This document shows, piece after piece, positions 38,447-48,088 of a stretch of DNA of 64,000 bases (positions within the stretch are counted from its first letter, which is position 1; every line of letters starts with the position of its first letter). A model generated the notes under the pieces. The model was given only the letters and a program-made list of their open reading frames with translations, ran no database searches and was not told the DNA's origin. The stretch is from Candidatus Uhrbacteria bacterium. GTDB lineage: Bacteria; Patescibacteriota; Patescibacteriia; UBA9934; UBA10169. The position numbers and the translations under genes were made by a program. The DNA lies in assembly GCA_016187485.1 (NCBI GenBank), contig JACPJO010000005.1, forward strand, positions 71,499-135,498. Reading direction: 5' to 3'.

Positions 38447-39154
38447 TTACACTTTTTTCTTGTAACCAAACCGATAATGAAATAGATCCGAGCGGATCGG
38501 CCCGAAAAAGAGAACGTGGATGCCAGAAAGAGTGTAGACTGCTGCAGAGCGGAGATACCCATCACGTTCGAAACGGCGGGGCGGAGTGAAAATCAACTCA
38601 TGAAGGAAACCAAAGGACCCACGTTTGCTGGCTCGAACCCCATAGTCGTTGTCTTCGGCTAGTTTAATAGCCTCATCAAAACCGCCAAGTCCCTCGTGAA
38701 ATACGCGGCGGACAAAAATACATGTGCCGATAACATGAGGATGTATCGAGAGCAAGAGGTGTGTATAGGTGTTGTAGGCAGAAAAGAAAAGTCGCGCAAG
38801 ACGACCACGTGTCGCTTGGATGTCGGGACAGGCAATATCGAGGCGTCGAGAGACAAACTCCGCGAGTGCACGCTCCAAAAAAAACTTGTCGGGAAATTTT
38901 GCGTCGGCGTCCAGAAAAAGGAGAATGTCGCCGGACGCTGCTTTTGCTCCGCGGTTGCGTCCTTGCGCCGGCAACCCTCCGTCAACCACTCGTGCGCCAA
39001 ACGCTGTGGCAACCTTGCACGTCTGGTCTGTTGAATGCGCATCAGCCACAATTACCTCGATCGGCTGATAGGTCTGCGCGCGGATCCCTTGAAGGAGCTC
39101 TGGCAGTTCCCGGTCCTCATTGTAAGCAGGAATAACAATGGAGAGGGTTGGCAT
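38447..39154 (-). CDS. Glycosyltransferase family 2
   Basis: IVIPAYNE, STD.T, GRNRGA, FLDAD, GGFDE..ED. Confidence 0.9.
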   Translation of the reverse strand: MPTLSIVIPAYNEDRELPELLQGIRAQTYQPIEVIVADAHSTDQTCKVATAFGARVVDGGLPAQGRNRGAKAASGDILLFLDADAKFPDKFFLERALAEFVSRRLDIACPDIQATRGRLARLFFSAYNTYTHLLLSIHPHVIGTCIFVRRVFHEGLGGFDEAIKLAEDNDYGVRASKRGSFGFLHELIFTPPRRFERDGYLRSAAVYTLSGIHVLFFGPIRSDLFHYRFGYKKKV

Positions 39155-39186
39155 AGAGACATAAACAGTATAGCATTGAACCCGCT

Positions 39187-40311
39187 ATGCCCTTCTGTCC
39201 AAAACCAGACGTCTGTGGATCGTGCGGGTGGGCGCATATTCCCTATCCTAAGCAACTCCAGCAAAAGCTCTCCGACATCAATGGCTCGTTTAAGTTGAAG
39301 AAACTCGCTACCCGTGTCGAAGAAATCTTTCCCTCTCCAAAAATCGAGCATTACCGTAACCGGATGGATTTTGTGATTGACTTCGAGGGCCGTGTCGGAC
39401 TTCGAGAAAAGGGCAAATGGTGGAAAGTCATTGATAACCACACATGTTTTCTTGGGGATGAGCGTATTGAGGAGCTCTTTGTCGCTGTGCGCGAATGGGT
39501 GCACTCCTGCGGTCTTTCTTTTTACGACCGAAAAGCACACACGGGACTTTTGCGTTACGCGGTGATCCGCGCCACAACAACAGGAGATGCGATGATCACC
39601 ATTGTGACAAGCAAACCGGCCGAGAATGAGCGGCAAAAAATTGCTTCGTCGCTTGCCCTCCTCGTTCCTCGCTCGAACACGTGCGAGATCATTTGGTCCG
39701 TGAACGACACAGAGAGCGACGTGTCCCACGTGGGCGTGCTCGAAACAATCCGCGGGAAAGGCTACGTGGAGGAGACGATCAACCAAAACCGCTATCGCAT
39801 CACGCCAAATGCGTTCTTTCAAACGAACTCACATGCCGCCGCGCTCCTTCAACAGACGGTTTTAGATTTTGCTGGTGCCGTTCACGATAAAAGAGTTCTT
39901 GATTTGTACTGTGGGAGCGGTTTTTTCTCTATCCCGTTTGCAAAACACGGCGCGCATGTCGTGGGAATGGAGAGCGTGGAGGAAGCCATCCGAGACGCGC
40001 GGGTGAATGCCGAACTCAACGGAGCCGAAATTGCATTCACCACCGCCGTTGTAGAGGAGACCGACTGGAGCATTCACAAACCTGAACTCCTTCTTTTGGA
40101 CCCCCCGCGCATGGGGCTGCACGATCGCGCGCTTGAAGCTGTAATCAAACACGCCCCGCCTGCCATTGTTTACGTGTCTTGTAACTATAAAAATTTTGCC
40201 CGCGAGCTTGTCATTCTTGAAAAAACGTATAGAGTGTCCGCCATGCGCGCGATTGATATGTTTCCGCACACGCCGCATGTCGAACTTGTTAGTTTGCTCA
40301 CGAAACGCTAG
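39187..40311 (+). CDS. rlmD: 23S rRNA (uracil-5)-methyltransferase, RlmD/TrmA family
   Basis: CGSC, YRNRM, FFQTN, DLYCGSG, DPPR.G, YVSCN, DMFPHTPHVE. Confidence 0.88.
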   Translation: MPFCPKPDVCGSCGWAHIPYPKQLQQKLSDINGSFKLKKLATRVEEIFPSPKIEHYRNRMDFVIDFEGRVGLREKGKWWKVIDNHTCFLGDERIEELFVAVREWVHSCGLSFYDRKAHTGLLRYAVIRATTTGDAMITIVTSKPAENERQKIASSLALLVPRSNTCEIIWSVNDTESDVSHVGVLETIRGKGYVEETINQNRYRITPNAFFQTNSHAAALLQQTVLDFAGAVHDKRVLDLYCGSGFFSIPFAKHGAHVVGMESVEEAIRDARVNAELNGAEIAFTTAVVEETDWSIHKPELLLLDPPRMGLHDRALEAVIKHAPPAIVYVSCNYKNFARELVILEKTYRVSAMRAIDMFPHTPHVELVSLLTKR

Positions 40312-40316
40312 ACCCT

Positions 40317-41165
40317 ATGAAATCAGGCCTCGTTGCTCTCATTGGCCGATCCAACGTCGGTAAATCCACTCTCCTCAATAATCTCATTGGGTCGAAGGTT
40401 GCGATTACCTCACCTAAAGCACAAACGACGCGGCACTCCATTCAGGGCGTGTTAAACGACGCGCGCGGACAGATGGTCTTTGTGGACACGCCCGGCATCC
40501 TTCAAAAGCGAGATCGCCTTACGAAGCGACTCCTGCACATCGCGAAAAGCACGCTCGACAACGTGGACGTCATTGTTTATGTGGTGGATCCCACGCGCTC
40601 GATCGGGAGCGAAGAAAAGTTTGTCCTGAACCTTGCGCGCTCATCGCCAACGAAGAAGATTTTATGCATCAACAAAATTGATGATCCGCGGCCTGATTTC
40701 ATTGAATCCTATCGTGCTCTTGCGGAAGAGATAGGTACCGTTGTAGAGGTATCGGCTTTGCGTGGAACAAATTTAAAGCTTCTCATAAATATTCTCTTCG
40801 AGCTTCTTCCAGAGGGTGAACCGTTGTACCCCGAAGGCCAGCTGACAAACCTTACGAACGAAGAACTCATCGCAGAGCTTATCCGTGAAAAACTTTTTCT
40901 GCGTCTCCACGATGAAGTTCCTTACGGTCTCCACGTAGTCGTGGACGATGTCAAGGAACGGGAGAATGGGGACCTCTACATTCACGCCTTGATTCTCACA
41001 AACGATGAGCGCCACAAGCGTTACATTATCGGCAGTGGCGGTCGCGGGATTAAAGAAATCGGGCAATCGGCCAGAAAAGATCTTGAATCTATCATGCAAA
41101 AACATGTCTACCTTGAGCTTGAGGTGGAATTCGACGAACATTGGGTGGAGCGGCTAGCGGCGTGA
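40317..41165 (+). CDS. era: GTPase Era
   Basis: GRSNVGKST, QTTR, DTPG, NKID, EVPY, KH domain. Confidence 0.97.
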   Translation: MKSGLVALIGRSNVGKSTLLNNLIGSKVAITSPKAQTTRHSIQGVLNDARGQMVFVDTPGILQKRDRLTKRLLHIAKSTLDNVDVIVYVVDPTRSIGSEEKFVLNLARSSPTKKILCINKIDDPRPDFIESYRALAEEIGTVVEVSALRGTNLKLLINILFELLPEGEPLYPEGQLTNLTNEELIAELIREKLFLRLHDEVPYGLHVVVDDVKERENGDLYIHALILTNDERHKRYIIGSGGRGIKEIGQSARKDLESIMQKHVYLELEVEFDEHWVERLAA

Positions 41166-42188
41166 AGTGAGCGCATCAATAATACGCTTTGCTACGGCAA
41201 TGGGGTGTCCAGGATGATCGTTAAGTCCCGTCTCGCGGCAGAGCATGATACCGTCTGCTCCATCAAAAATGGCATTGGATAAATCCAGAATGTCTGAGCG
41301 GCGAGGAATATACTGATCAATGCTTGATTCGAGCATTTGCGTGGAGACAATCACCGGCTTGGCGGCGGCACGGCAGAGCGCCGTGATCTTTTTTTGAGCC
41401 AGCGCCAGCTCCTCCATCGGCACATTGAGCCCCAGGTCCCCTCGCGCAATCAATACCCAATCCGTTTCCTCGATGATTTCACGAATATGTTCCACACCTT
41501 TGGGTGATTCTACTTTGGAAACAATGAGCGGGTGCGCCCATTCCGTTGTAAATCGCTCCGCGAGCTCCGCTTTACAACGACGGAGCATTTCCTTCGAATT
41601 TACAAACGAGAATGCGACAAGTTCCGGTTTGGCCTCGGAGAGAATATCCATCATGGCTCTCGTCGTATCATTGCAGTGGTCAAGGTCATCAATAAGCGGG
41701 CCAAAGTTGAGACCTTTAAAGTTCTTATGTGTGCCCGTGACGAGGGACTTGGCACGAACCTCGCTTGGCGACACTATGTGCGTTACCTCAAAAGCCACCT
41801 CACCGTCACCTGTGGTGAAAATACTGCCGACCTTAAGATATATAGCAAAGTGTTCTAAATTTACGGGGATGTACTCCTTCCATCCAGGACTTTCTTTTCC
41901 TGTGCGAAAAGTAACAATCTCTCCCTCCTCAATAGGTGCCTCCTTCTCCGGAAAATCACCCGTGCGGATCTTTGCCCCGGGGAGATCCGCTAAGAGGCGC
42001 ACGCGTCTGCCCGATGCGGCAATCACCTCTCTTGCCGTACAAAGTTTCCCGCGGTTCTCCTCTGGCTCCCCGTGCGAAAGGTTATAGCGAAGAATAGTCG
42101 CGCCCGCATCCACAATCTCACGTACCTTGTCTCTGGCAAAAGTCTTGCGAGAAACAGTAGCAATAATTTCCATAAGGAGGCTAAGCAT
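41154..42188 (-). CDS. pyk: Pyruvate kinase lacking the C-terminal domain
   Basis: RYNLSHG, DLPGAKIR, KVES..GV, ARGDLG, TQMLES, DGADGIML. Confidence 0.88.
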   Translation of the reverse strand: MLSLLMEIIATVSRKTFARDKVREIVDAGATILRYNLSHGEPEENRGKLCTAREVIAASGRRVRLLADLPGAKIRTGDFPEKEAPIEEGEIVTFRTGKESPGWKEYIPVNLEHFAIYLKVGSIFTTGDGEVAFEVTHIVSPSEVRAKSLVTGTHKNFKGLNFGPLIDDLDHCNDTTRAMMDILSEAKPELVAFSFVNSKEMLRRCKAELAERFTTEWAHPLIVSKVESPKGVEHIREIIEETDWVLIARGDLGLNVPMEELALAQKKITALCRAAAKPVIVSTQMLESSIDQYIPRRSDILDLSNAIFDGADGIMLCRETGLNDHPGHPIAVAKRIIDALTSRR

Positions 42189-42230
42189 TGATACAATAAG
42201 GATGCCCTCCTCCAGGGAACATGAAAATCT

Positions 42231-42917
42231 ATGCCCATAGCTTACGGCACAACACGTCTTCTTGTCACGCTTCTTGTCCTTATCTCTTTTGGGGTTCTCC
42301 TATGGCAGAGATTCGCCCCAACGATTGAACCTGCCCGTTGGCACGGAAGTGTGCTTGAGGGCGGTTCGGCAGAAACGCTCCGGCGCGGTTCCGCGCTTGA
42401 TTCTGGAGAGGAATTTCTTTTGGTGGAGCTCGAAGGAGTAAAATTTGCCCTTGCCGCGCGCACGGAACTGATATGGGAAGGAATGGAAGAGGAGACACCT
42501 GTAGTGAAGCTCGTCGGGGGACGAATCCTCACGAACGGCCCGGCCATTATCCGAACTCCCTGGATTACGGTAACGGCGCCAGAATCCGTTTCCGTTGTGA
42601 ACTATAGTTTTGATGATCGCGTCCAAATTCTGCCCATGAGTAAGACTGTGATGGCAAGCAACTCGACCATCGGTATCCTTCCCATAGTAAATTCCGCCGA
42701 GTGGGTAGAACGCGAGCGTGACCTCGTCACATCGCTCGAACCGTTTGACGCGTCCGCGTCGAGCGAAAAAGAATTCTACCAGTGGGCGCTCCCGCGCATT
42801 TCTCCTAGAGAATCGCTCGCTCGTCCATCTTTGGAACGAGTACTTCGGTTCCGAGTGTGGCGCGCAGATGCTCCGCAAACGCCTTTTTTTGTTCGGGATC
42901 CCCGTGCACAAGAATAA
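42231..42917 (+). CDS. Hypothetical membrane-anchored protein (possibly FecR-like)
   Basis: N-terminal TM helix followed by a beta-rich region. Confidence 0.55.
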   Translation: MPIAYGTTRLLVTLLVLISFGVLLWQRFAPTIEPARWHGSVLEGGSAETLRRGSALDSGEEFLLVELEGVKFALAARTELIWEGMEEETPVVKLVGGRILTNGPAIIRTPWITVTAPESVSVVNYSFDDRVQILPMSKTVMASNSTIGILPIVNSAEWVERERDLVTSLEPFDASASSEKEFYQWALPRISPRESLARPSLERVLRFRVWRADAPQTPFFVRDPRAQE

Positions 42918-44157
42918 TTTTCTTTGGCGTCTTGCCATCTTCCGGCTGAAGCCATCGTGTCAACTTGTCCTTATCTCCATGCGCAGAAAAAGCGCCGATC
43001 GCCGAGACGGTCGCGGCAACAGGCACACGTTCGCCAAAAATTTTCACCTCTTTTGCGCCATCGAAAATTTTTCGACCGGTCGTTCCCCGTGCTTGGTAGC
43101 CAATAATAAGAAGGTGGGTCGAGGCATGCGGGAGATACCGACGAAGATGGTGCATGATCCGCCCACCGTTCATCATCCCGCTTCCTGCGATAATCACTTT
43201 GGGTGCTGCAACATCGTTGATCGCCTTTGATTCCTCTACACGGAGAGTTTCTCGCAAATTCGGGAAGGAAAAGAAGTCGCCATCGGGAGACATTGGAACG
43301 TCGAAGCGCAAATATTCTTTACTGTCGCGATATGTCTGCGTGGCGCGAATTGCCATGGGCGAGTCAAGAAAGATCGGCACGTTTGTTTTCAAGTCCTGCA
43401 AGAGGATCTGATCAATTTCATAAAGAAGTTCCTGCGTGCGTTCAATAGAAAATGCGGGGATAAGGAGGACACCGCGCTTGGCAACCGTATCGGAAATTGC
43501 CGCCATAAGCTTTGCCCGCCGCCGGCTCATCGCTTCGTGCGTGCGATCGCCATATGTGGACTCGCACACGACGACGTCTGCTTTGGAAAGCGGCTCCGTT
43601 GGCGGGAGAATGGGTACATCATCATTGCCAATGTCGCCAGAAAAAACGATGCGCTGGCCTTCCGTCTCGATGGAAATATAGGCGGAACCGAGCACGTGTC
43701 CCGCTTCGTGGAACATCACAGAAACTCCCGGCAGTGGTTGAACGGCTGTGTGATACCCCACGGTCTCGACACATTCATACACGTGAGCCACGTCGGCGGC
43801 AGAAAAAAGCGCGGTCACTCCCTCACGCTCTGCTTCCTCGGCCATGATCTGTACCGAGTCCTCAAGAATAAGACGCGAGAGCGGACGGCACGGAGGCACC
43901 ATGTACACCGTGCCCACAAACCCCTCCTTCAAGAGTTTCGGCAATCGTCCTGTGTGGTCTGCGTGTGGATGCGTAATGAAAACGGCACGCACCTCTTTTG
44001 GATCAAAACCAAAAGCCCGTGCGTTGTCACGAGAGGCAAATACGTCCCCTTGAAACATGCCACAATCCACGAGGATCTTCCCCGCGGGCGTAGTTACAAG
44101 GTGGCAGGATCCGGTGACGCCTTCGGCGGCTCCGTGGAAGGAAACTTCAAGAGCCAT
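42805..44157 (-). CDS. MBL-fold beta-CASP ribonuclease
   Basis: VTGSC, DCGMFQG, THPHADH, AGHVLGS, SGD, ESTYG, SAHGD, VHG. Confidence 0.93.
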   Translation of the reverse strand: MALEVSFHGAAEGVTGSCHLVTTPAGKILVDCGMFQGDVFASRDNARAFGFDPKEVRAVFITHPHADHTGRLPKLLKEGFVGTVYMVPPCRPLSRLILEDSVQIMAEEAEREGVTALFSAADVAHVYECVETVGYHTAVQPLPGVSVMFHEAGHVLGSAYISIETEGQRIVFSGDIGNDDVPILPPTEPLSKADVVVCESTYGDRTHEAMSRRRAKLMAAISDTVAKRGVLLIPAFSIERTQELLYEIDQILLQDLKTNVPIFLDSPMAIRATQTYRDSKEYLRFDVPMSPDGDFFSFPNLRETLRVEESKAINDVAAPKVIIAGSGMMNGGRIMHHLRRYLPHASTHLLIIGYQARGTTGRKIFDGAKEVKIFGERVPVAATVSAIGAFSAHGDKDKLTRWLQPEDGKTPKKIILVHGDPEQKKAFAEHLRATLGTEVLVPKMDERAIL

Positions 44158-44558
44158 AGGCTGGCGAGAAGAGAGAGGGTAATAAGGATCTGCGAAGTGA
44201 TGCACAGAACACACCATGCGCGCAGGACAAAGGCCTCAACCCCTGTAAGGTAAAGGCTGAAAAGAAAACCGGCTGCAGATGTGGCGATGAGAAACCAACT
44301 CGCAAAACGATCGGCTGGCGCACGCCATTTTACGAGCGCGCCGGCGAGAAGAAAAAGATACCCGATAAATCCAAGACCCGCCACGGGAATACCGAAAAAC
44401 TTAGCATATGCGCTTCGATTAACAAGATCGCAGTTGACCGTCTCATTAAGGTTACAGAATGTTCCTGTCACGACGTACTGATTATGCAGATAGGAATAGA
44501 CAGAGATGCCAAGACCAATAAGCGCAACTGCAATGATGACGCTGAGAAGTCGGCGCAT
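44094..44558 (-). CDS. Vitamin K epoxide reductase (VKOR) family protein
   Basis: C......C..V..S.YA.FFGIPVA, WCVLC. Confidence 0.92.
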   Translation of the reverse strand: MRRLLSVIIAVALIGLGISVYSYLHNQYVVTGTFCNLNETVNCDLVNRSAYAKFFGIPVAGLGFIGYLFLLAGALVKWRAPADRFASWFLIATSAAGFLFSLYLTGVEAFVLRAWCVLCITSQILITLSLLASLWLLKFPSTEPPKASPDPATL

Positions 44559-44559
44559 A

Positions 44560-45075
44560 CTACTCTGCGCTCTCTACCTGAATGTCCTTGATTTGCAAGC
44601 CGCTGGATGCCTCTTCATCTACATCAACCGTAACGCCAATGGGGGTGGGGGCATCCTGTACCGGCTCTCCAGCCGGCACGGCATTTGCCTGTGGCGCAGC
44701 ATCAAGGGAGCAAACAGATTTTTCGCTCAGCGTCTCGAGAGTCTGTACACCTGTAAGACGGCTCCCGTCGGGAAACTCCCACGTCGGAACGCCAGTGATG
44801 TTGTCGTTCGCGCAAAGAGCAAACGAACGTTGTCCCTGCGGAGAACATTCCTTGTAGGGCACAAAGCGGAAGGCGTTGCCGAACATCTCTTTTTGTCTGG
44901 CGCAGTTAGGGCACCAATATGTGCCGTACATCTTCACCTCCTTTGAGGCAAGACACTGCGCAAAGCCGTCATAGGCCGACGGCGCGCGTTTATTATAGAT
45001 GGCAAGGGCGATGAGCAGGACGACGACCACGGCGGCAAGCACAAAGAGCCACCATGAAGATGAGCGAGTTTGCAT
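44560..45075 (-). CDS. Membrane-anchored thioredoxin-like protein (VKOR partner)
   Basis: TM helix, MYGTYWCPNC..QK.MFG, Y.EC, I.GVPTW. Confidence 0.85.
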   Translation of the reverse strand: MQTRSSSWWLFVLAAVVVVLLIALAIYNKRAPSAYDGFAQCLASKEVKMYGTYWCPNCARQKEMFGNAFRFVPYKECSPQGQRSFALCANDNITGVPTWEFPDGSRLTGVQTLETLSEKSVCSLDAAPQANAVPAGEPVQDAPTPIGVTVDVDEEASSGLQIKDIQVESAE

Positions 45076-45145
45076 ATTGCAGATATGATACCCGACCAGA
45101 GAAGGGATGACAACGAGGGGGAAATTTGGTAGCCTCACTCCCACT

Positions 45146-46123
45146 ATGATTGACTGGAAGGCTCTCCCACGCCCCATCATCGCCCTCTCCCCCATGGCGG
45201 ATATGACCGACTCGTCGTTTTGTCAAATCGTCAAATCCATCGCTTCGCCTATTGTTTTCCGCGAGATGATTTCAAGCGAGGCGCTCGTGCGCGGGAATGA
45301 AAAAACACTTGGCATGGCAGACTTTGTCCCTGCCGAGCGGCCTATTGTCCAGCAGCTTTTCGGGTCGGACCCTGCAACGATGGCCGAGGCGGCGCGTATT
45401 ATCGAGGAGAAGTTCGCCCCAGACGGACTCGATGTAAATATGGGTTGTCCCGTGTATAAAATTACGTGCAACTTCAACGGCGCAGCACTCATGAAAGAAC
45501 CGGCGCGCGCCACGGAAATTGTCCGACGCATGAAAGCGGCCGTGCGAGCACCCGTATCGGTGAAGATTCGACTTGGGTGGAGGGAAAAGACGGAGGCCAT
45601 CGGGTTTGCAAAATGCCTTGAAGATGCCGGGGCGGATCTTCTCACCGTGCACGGACGCACAAAAGAACAAGGCTACAGTGGCATGAGTGACTGGGAGATG
45701 ATCGGTCGCGTGAAAGCAGCAGTGAAAATTCCCGTACTCGCAAACGGCGACATCAATACTCCCGAGGCGGCGCGCGCGGCGCTTAGCATGAGCAGATGCG
45801 ACGGAGTTCTCATTGCGCGCGGCGGACTGGGAAACCCCTGGATTTTTGCACGCATGGAGGCAATGCTCTCTGGGGGGAGGATCCCAGAAGAACCGGCGCT
45901 TCTTGAACGGCTGCGCGTTCTGCGTGCTCACGCTGCCTTGCATGTCGCAGAGTACGGCCCACGCGGCATTGTCACCTTCCGCAAACATATTAGCTGGTAT
46001 GTAAAAGGCATCCCCGGTATCCGCCATTTTCGCGAGCGGCTGCACCAAGTATCGTCTCTAGAGGATCTTGATACACAACTACACACAATCACCGTCTCTC
46101 TTAGTGACCACTTAGAGAGATAG
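45146..46123 (+). CDS. dusB: tRNA dihydrouridine synthase B
   Basis: LSPMA, QLFG, DVNMGCP, VSVKIRLG, VHGRT, NGDI, RG.LGNPW. Confidence 0.92.
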   Translation: MIDWKALPRPIIALSPMADMTDSSFCQIVKSIASPIVFREMISSEALVRGNEKTLGMADFVPAERPIVQQLFGSDPATMAEAARIIEEKFAPDGLDVNMGCPVYKITCNFNGAALMKEPARATEIVRRMKAAVRAPVSVKIRLGWREKTEAIGFAKCLEDAGADLLTVHGRTKEQGYSGMSDWEMIGRVKAAVKIPVLANGDINTPEAARAALSMSRCDGVLIARGGLGNPWIFARMEAMLSGGRIPEEPALLERLRVLRAHAALHVAEYGPRGIVTFRKHISWYVKGIPGIRHFRERLHQVSSLEDLDTQLHTITVSLSDHLER

Positions 46124-46173
46124 TAAGCGTCTTTTTGCGTTTCAGCCAAGCTCATGTTACCATCGCGCCATAC

Positions 46174-46247
46174 TCCGGGATCGTCTAGAGGCAGGACGCC
46201 AGGTTCTGGCCCTGGTAACCGTGGTTCGAATCCACGTCCCGGAACCA
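46174..46247 (+). tRNA. tRNA-Gln(CTG)
   Basis: Acceptor TCCGGGA/TCCCGGA, anticodon arm CCAGG-tt-CTG-gc-CCTGG, GGTTCGAATCC, encoded CCA. Confidence 0.95.
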
Positions 46248-46251
46248 GGGT

Positions 46252-46614
46252 ATGACTATTTCAGGTGTTGTCGTGAAAGGACAGGGTTTAGGCAGAGTGC
46301 TTGGTTTTCCCACTGCTAATCTTGCATTCTTTCCCGCTCTTCCCCCGGGTGTCTATCTCGCATACGTTCGTACAAAAGAAGGTCTGTTCCCTGGTGTGCT
46401 TGCGCAAGGAAAGAAAACAGAGGTTCACCTCCTAGATTTTACCGGGGATCTTTACGGGAGCAAGATAGAGATTGAGGTAGACGAGCGTATTTCCGATATG
46501 ATTCCGTGGACGACGCTCGAGGAGTTGCGAGAAAAAATTTCACACGATATTGAGAACGCCCGATATGTTTTCCGGCATCGTCCGCGCAAAGGGAGAGATT
46601 GCGAACATCAATGA
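46252..46614 (+). CDS. Stand-alone riboflavin kinase
   Basis: G.VVKG...GR.LGFPTAN, GVY, EVHLLDF.GDLYG; no FAD-synthetase domain. Confidence 0.9.
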   Translation: MTISGVVVKGQGLGRVLGFPTANLAFFPALPPGVYLAYVRTKEGLFPGVLAQGKKTEVHLLDFTGDLYGSKIEIEVDERISDMIPWTTLEELREKISHDIENARYVFRHRPRKGRDCEHQ

Positions 46615-47164
46615 CTTCGGCATTGCGCGACAATTCATTGTGCGTGCTCCCCAGTCGGTGCTTTTACGACTTCGTCCAAAGGACTCCGTGCTCCTGGGCG
46701 GTATTTGTTTTACGGTCCACACGAAAGATGAACAAACATTTCAGGTAGAGGCCATGCCGCAGACCCTCCGACTGACAACCGCAGCGTCGTGGAAGCAGGG
46801 AGACTCTATTAATATAGAAATGTCGCTGCGGATGGGGGACACGATAGGAGGGCACTTCGTTTACGGCCACGTAGACGAGGTCGGTACCGTGAAGAAGTGC
46901 GCACGCGAAGGAAATGCGCTCATCGCGACAATCCAGGCCTCACCCGCTGTCATCAAACAAGTGTTTCCTCGTGCCTCTGTCGCAATCGACGGCGTAAGCC
47001 TCACGGTTGTTTCCGTGGAAGGAGACCAGTTTACTGTTTCGCTTATTCCAGATACGGTTGAGGCAACAACGCTTGGGACTCTCGGGTCTGGGTCGCGGGT
47101 AAATGTGGAAACAGACATGATGATCAAATATGCACAGCAACACCTACAAACACATAAAGAGTGA
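46565..47164 (+). CDS. ribE: Riboflavin synthase (alpha chain)
   Basis: MFSGIV, G.CFTV, GGHFV.GHVD, SVAIDGVSLTV, VNVETD. Confidence 0.93.
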   Translation: MFSGIVRAKGEIANINDFGIARQFIVRAPQSVLLRLRPKDSVLLGGICFTVHTKDEQTFQVEAMPQTLRLTTAASWKQGDSINIEMSLRMGDTIGGHFVYGHVDEVGTVKKCAREGNALIATIQASPAVIKQVFPRASVAIDGVSLTVVSVEGDQFTVSLIPDTVEATTLGTLGSGSRVNVETDMMIKYAQQHLQTHKE

Positions 47165-47621
47165 GGGGGTTCGTGCGGGAATTGTGCGCGCACGGTTTAA
47201 CGAAGACGTGACAGGCGGCCTTCTTGATGGCGCGCACGAGGCATTAGTGGATGCAGGTGTGAAGCCTGAAGACATTACCCTTGTGGAAGTTCCTGGGTCG
47301 CTTGAGATTCCCACTGCAGCAAGCATCCTTCTTGAACACAAAACCCTCGATGTCGTCGTTACCCTCGGCTGTATCGTTAAAGGAGAAACGGCGCATGACG
47401 AATATATCGCCACGTCGGTGTATCAGGCCCTCGTGCGCCTTGCTATGCACACGGGTGTGCCCATTACGATGGGAATCTTAACAGTGAATACGATCGAACA
47501 AGCGCGCGCGCGGTCTGGCACAGGGGGGATGAATCGTGGACGCGAGGCGGCGCTTTCCGGGCTGGAAATGGTGCAGGCGCTTAAGCCCCTAAAAACAGAA
47601 AAGCGAGACGGGCTCGCTTGA
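47130..47621 (+). CDS. ribH: 6,7-dimethyl-8-ribityllumazine synthase
   Basis: ARFN, VPGSLEIP, LGCIVKGET.H, GILT. Confidence 0.93.
   Translation: MHSNTYKHIKSEGVRAGIVRARFNEDVTGGLLDGAHEALVDAGVKPEDITLVEVPGSLEIPTAASILLEHKTLDVVVTLGCIVKGETAHDEYIATSVYQALVRLAMHTGVPITMGILTVNTIEQARARSGTGGMNRGREAALSGLEMVQALKPLKTEKRDGLA
47601..47619 (-). terminator. Terminator-like hairpin
   Basis: AAGCGAG-5-CTCGCTT followed by TTCTGTTTTT on minus strand. Confidence 0.55.
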
Positions 47622-47634
47622 AGAAAAGGATGAG

Positions 47635-47964
47635 CTACTTTTTGGACTTGGCGTCTTTGGCGCCAAGTTTGTCTGCGTGCCGCAGGAAGGCCTTTGTTTC
47701 ACGCTCGGCAAGGAGCCGGCGGCGGTGCAGACAGGCCATGTCGTGAGAGTTGAATGGACCGCCCGGGGCACACAGAAGCCTCCACGTGTGCCAGAACGTT
47801 CCCATCCCCACGATGATGCATCCCAGCGGGAACACCCAGGTGATATGTGGGATCCGTCGAACCTCGAGCCCTCCACCGAGAAAGAGAAGGAACGCACCAA
47901 TCAGGATGAGAACTATAGGTCCGTACTCACGTTCTTCTGGATCATCCACTCCCTGCGTCAGCAT
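47635..47964 (-). CDS. Hypothetical 2-TM protein (accessory unit)
   Basis: GGAGGTG SD before ATG 47964, two hydrophobic helices, TTGACA at 48025-48030. Confidence 0.65.
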   Translation of the reverse strand: MLTQGVDDPEEREYGPIVLILIGAFLLFLGGGLEVRRIPHITWVFPLGCIIVGMGTFWHTWRLLCAPGGPFNSHDMACLHRRRLLAERETKAFLRHADKLGAKDAKSKK

Positions 47965-48047
47965 GATCACCTCCGGAGGATGGAGAGACGACTCCACGGA
48001 CAGTTGAACAAAAAAGATGCCACCTGTCAAGTAGCAAAACGCCAATT

Positions 48048-48071
48048 CGAAAGCCAGGCGGAAGGCCTGGC
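48048..48071 (-). terminator. Terminator-like hairpin after kinase
   Basis: GCCAGGC-5-GCCTGGC followed by TTTCG. Confidence 0.55.
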
Positions 48072-48088
48072 GAGGCAAGGAGCAAGAA

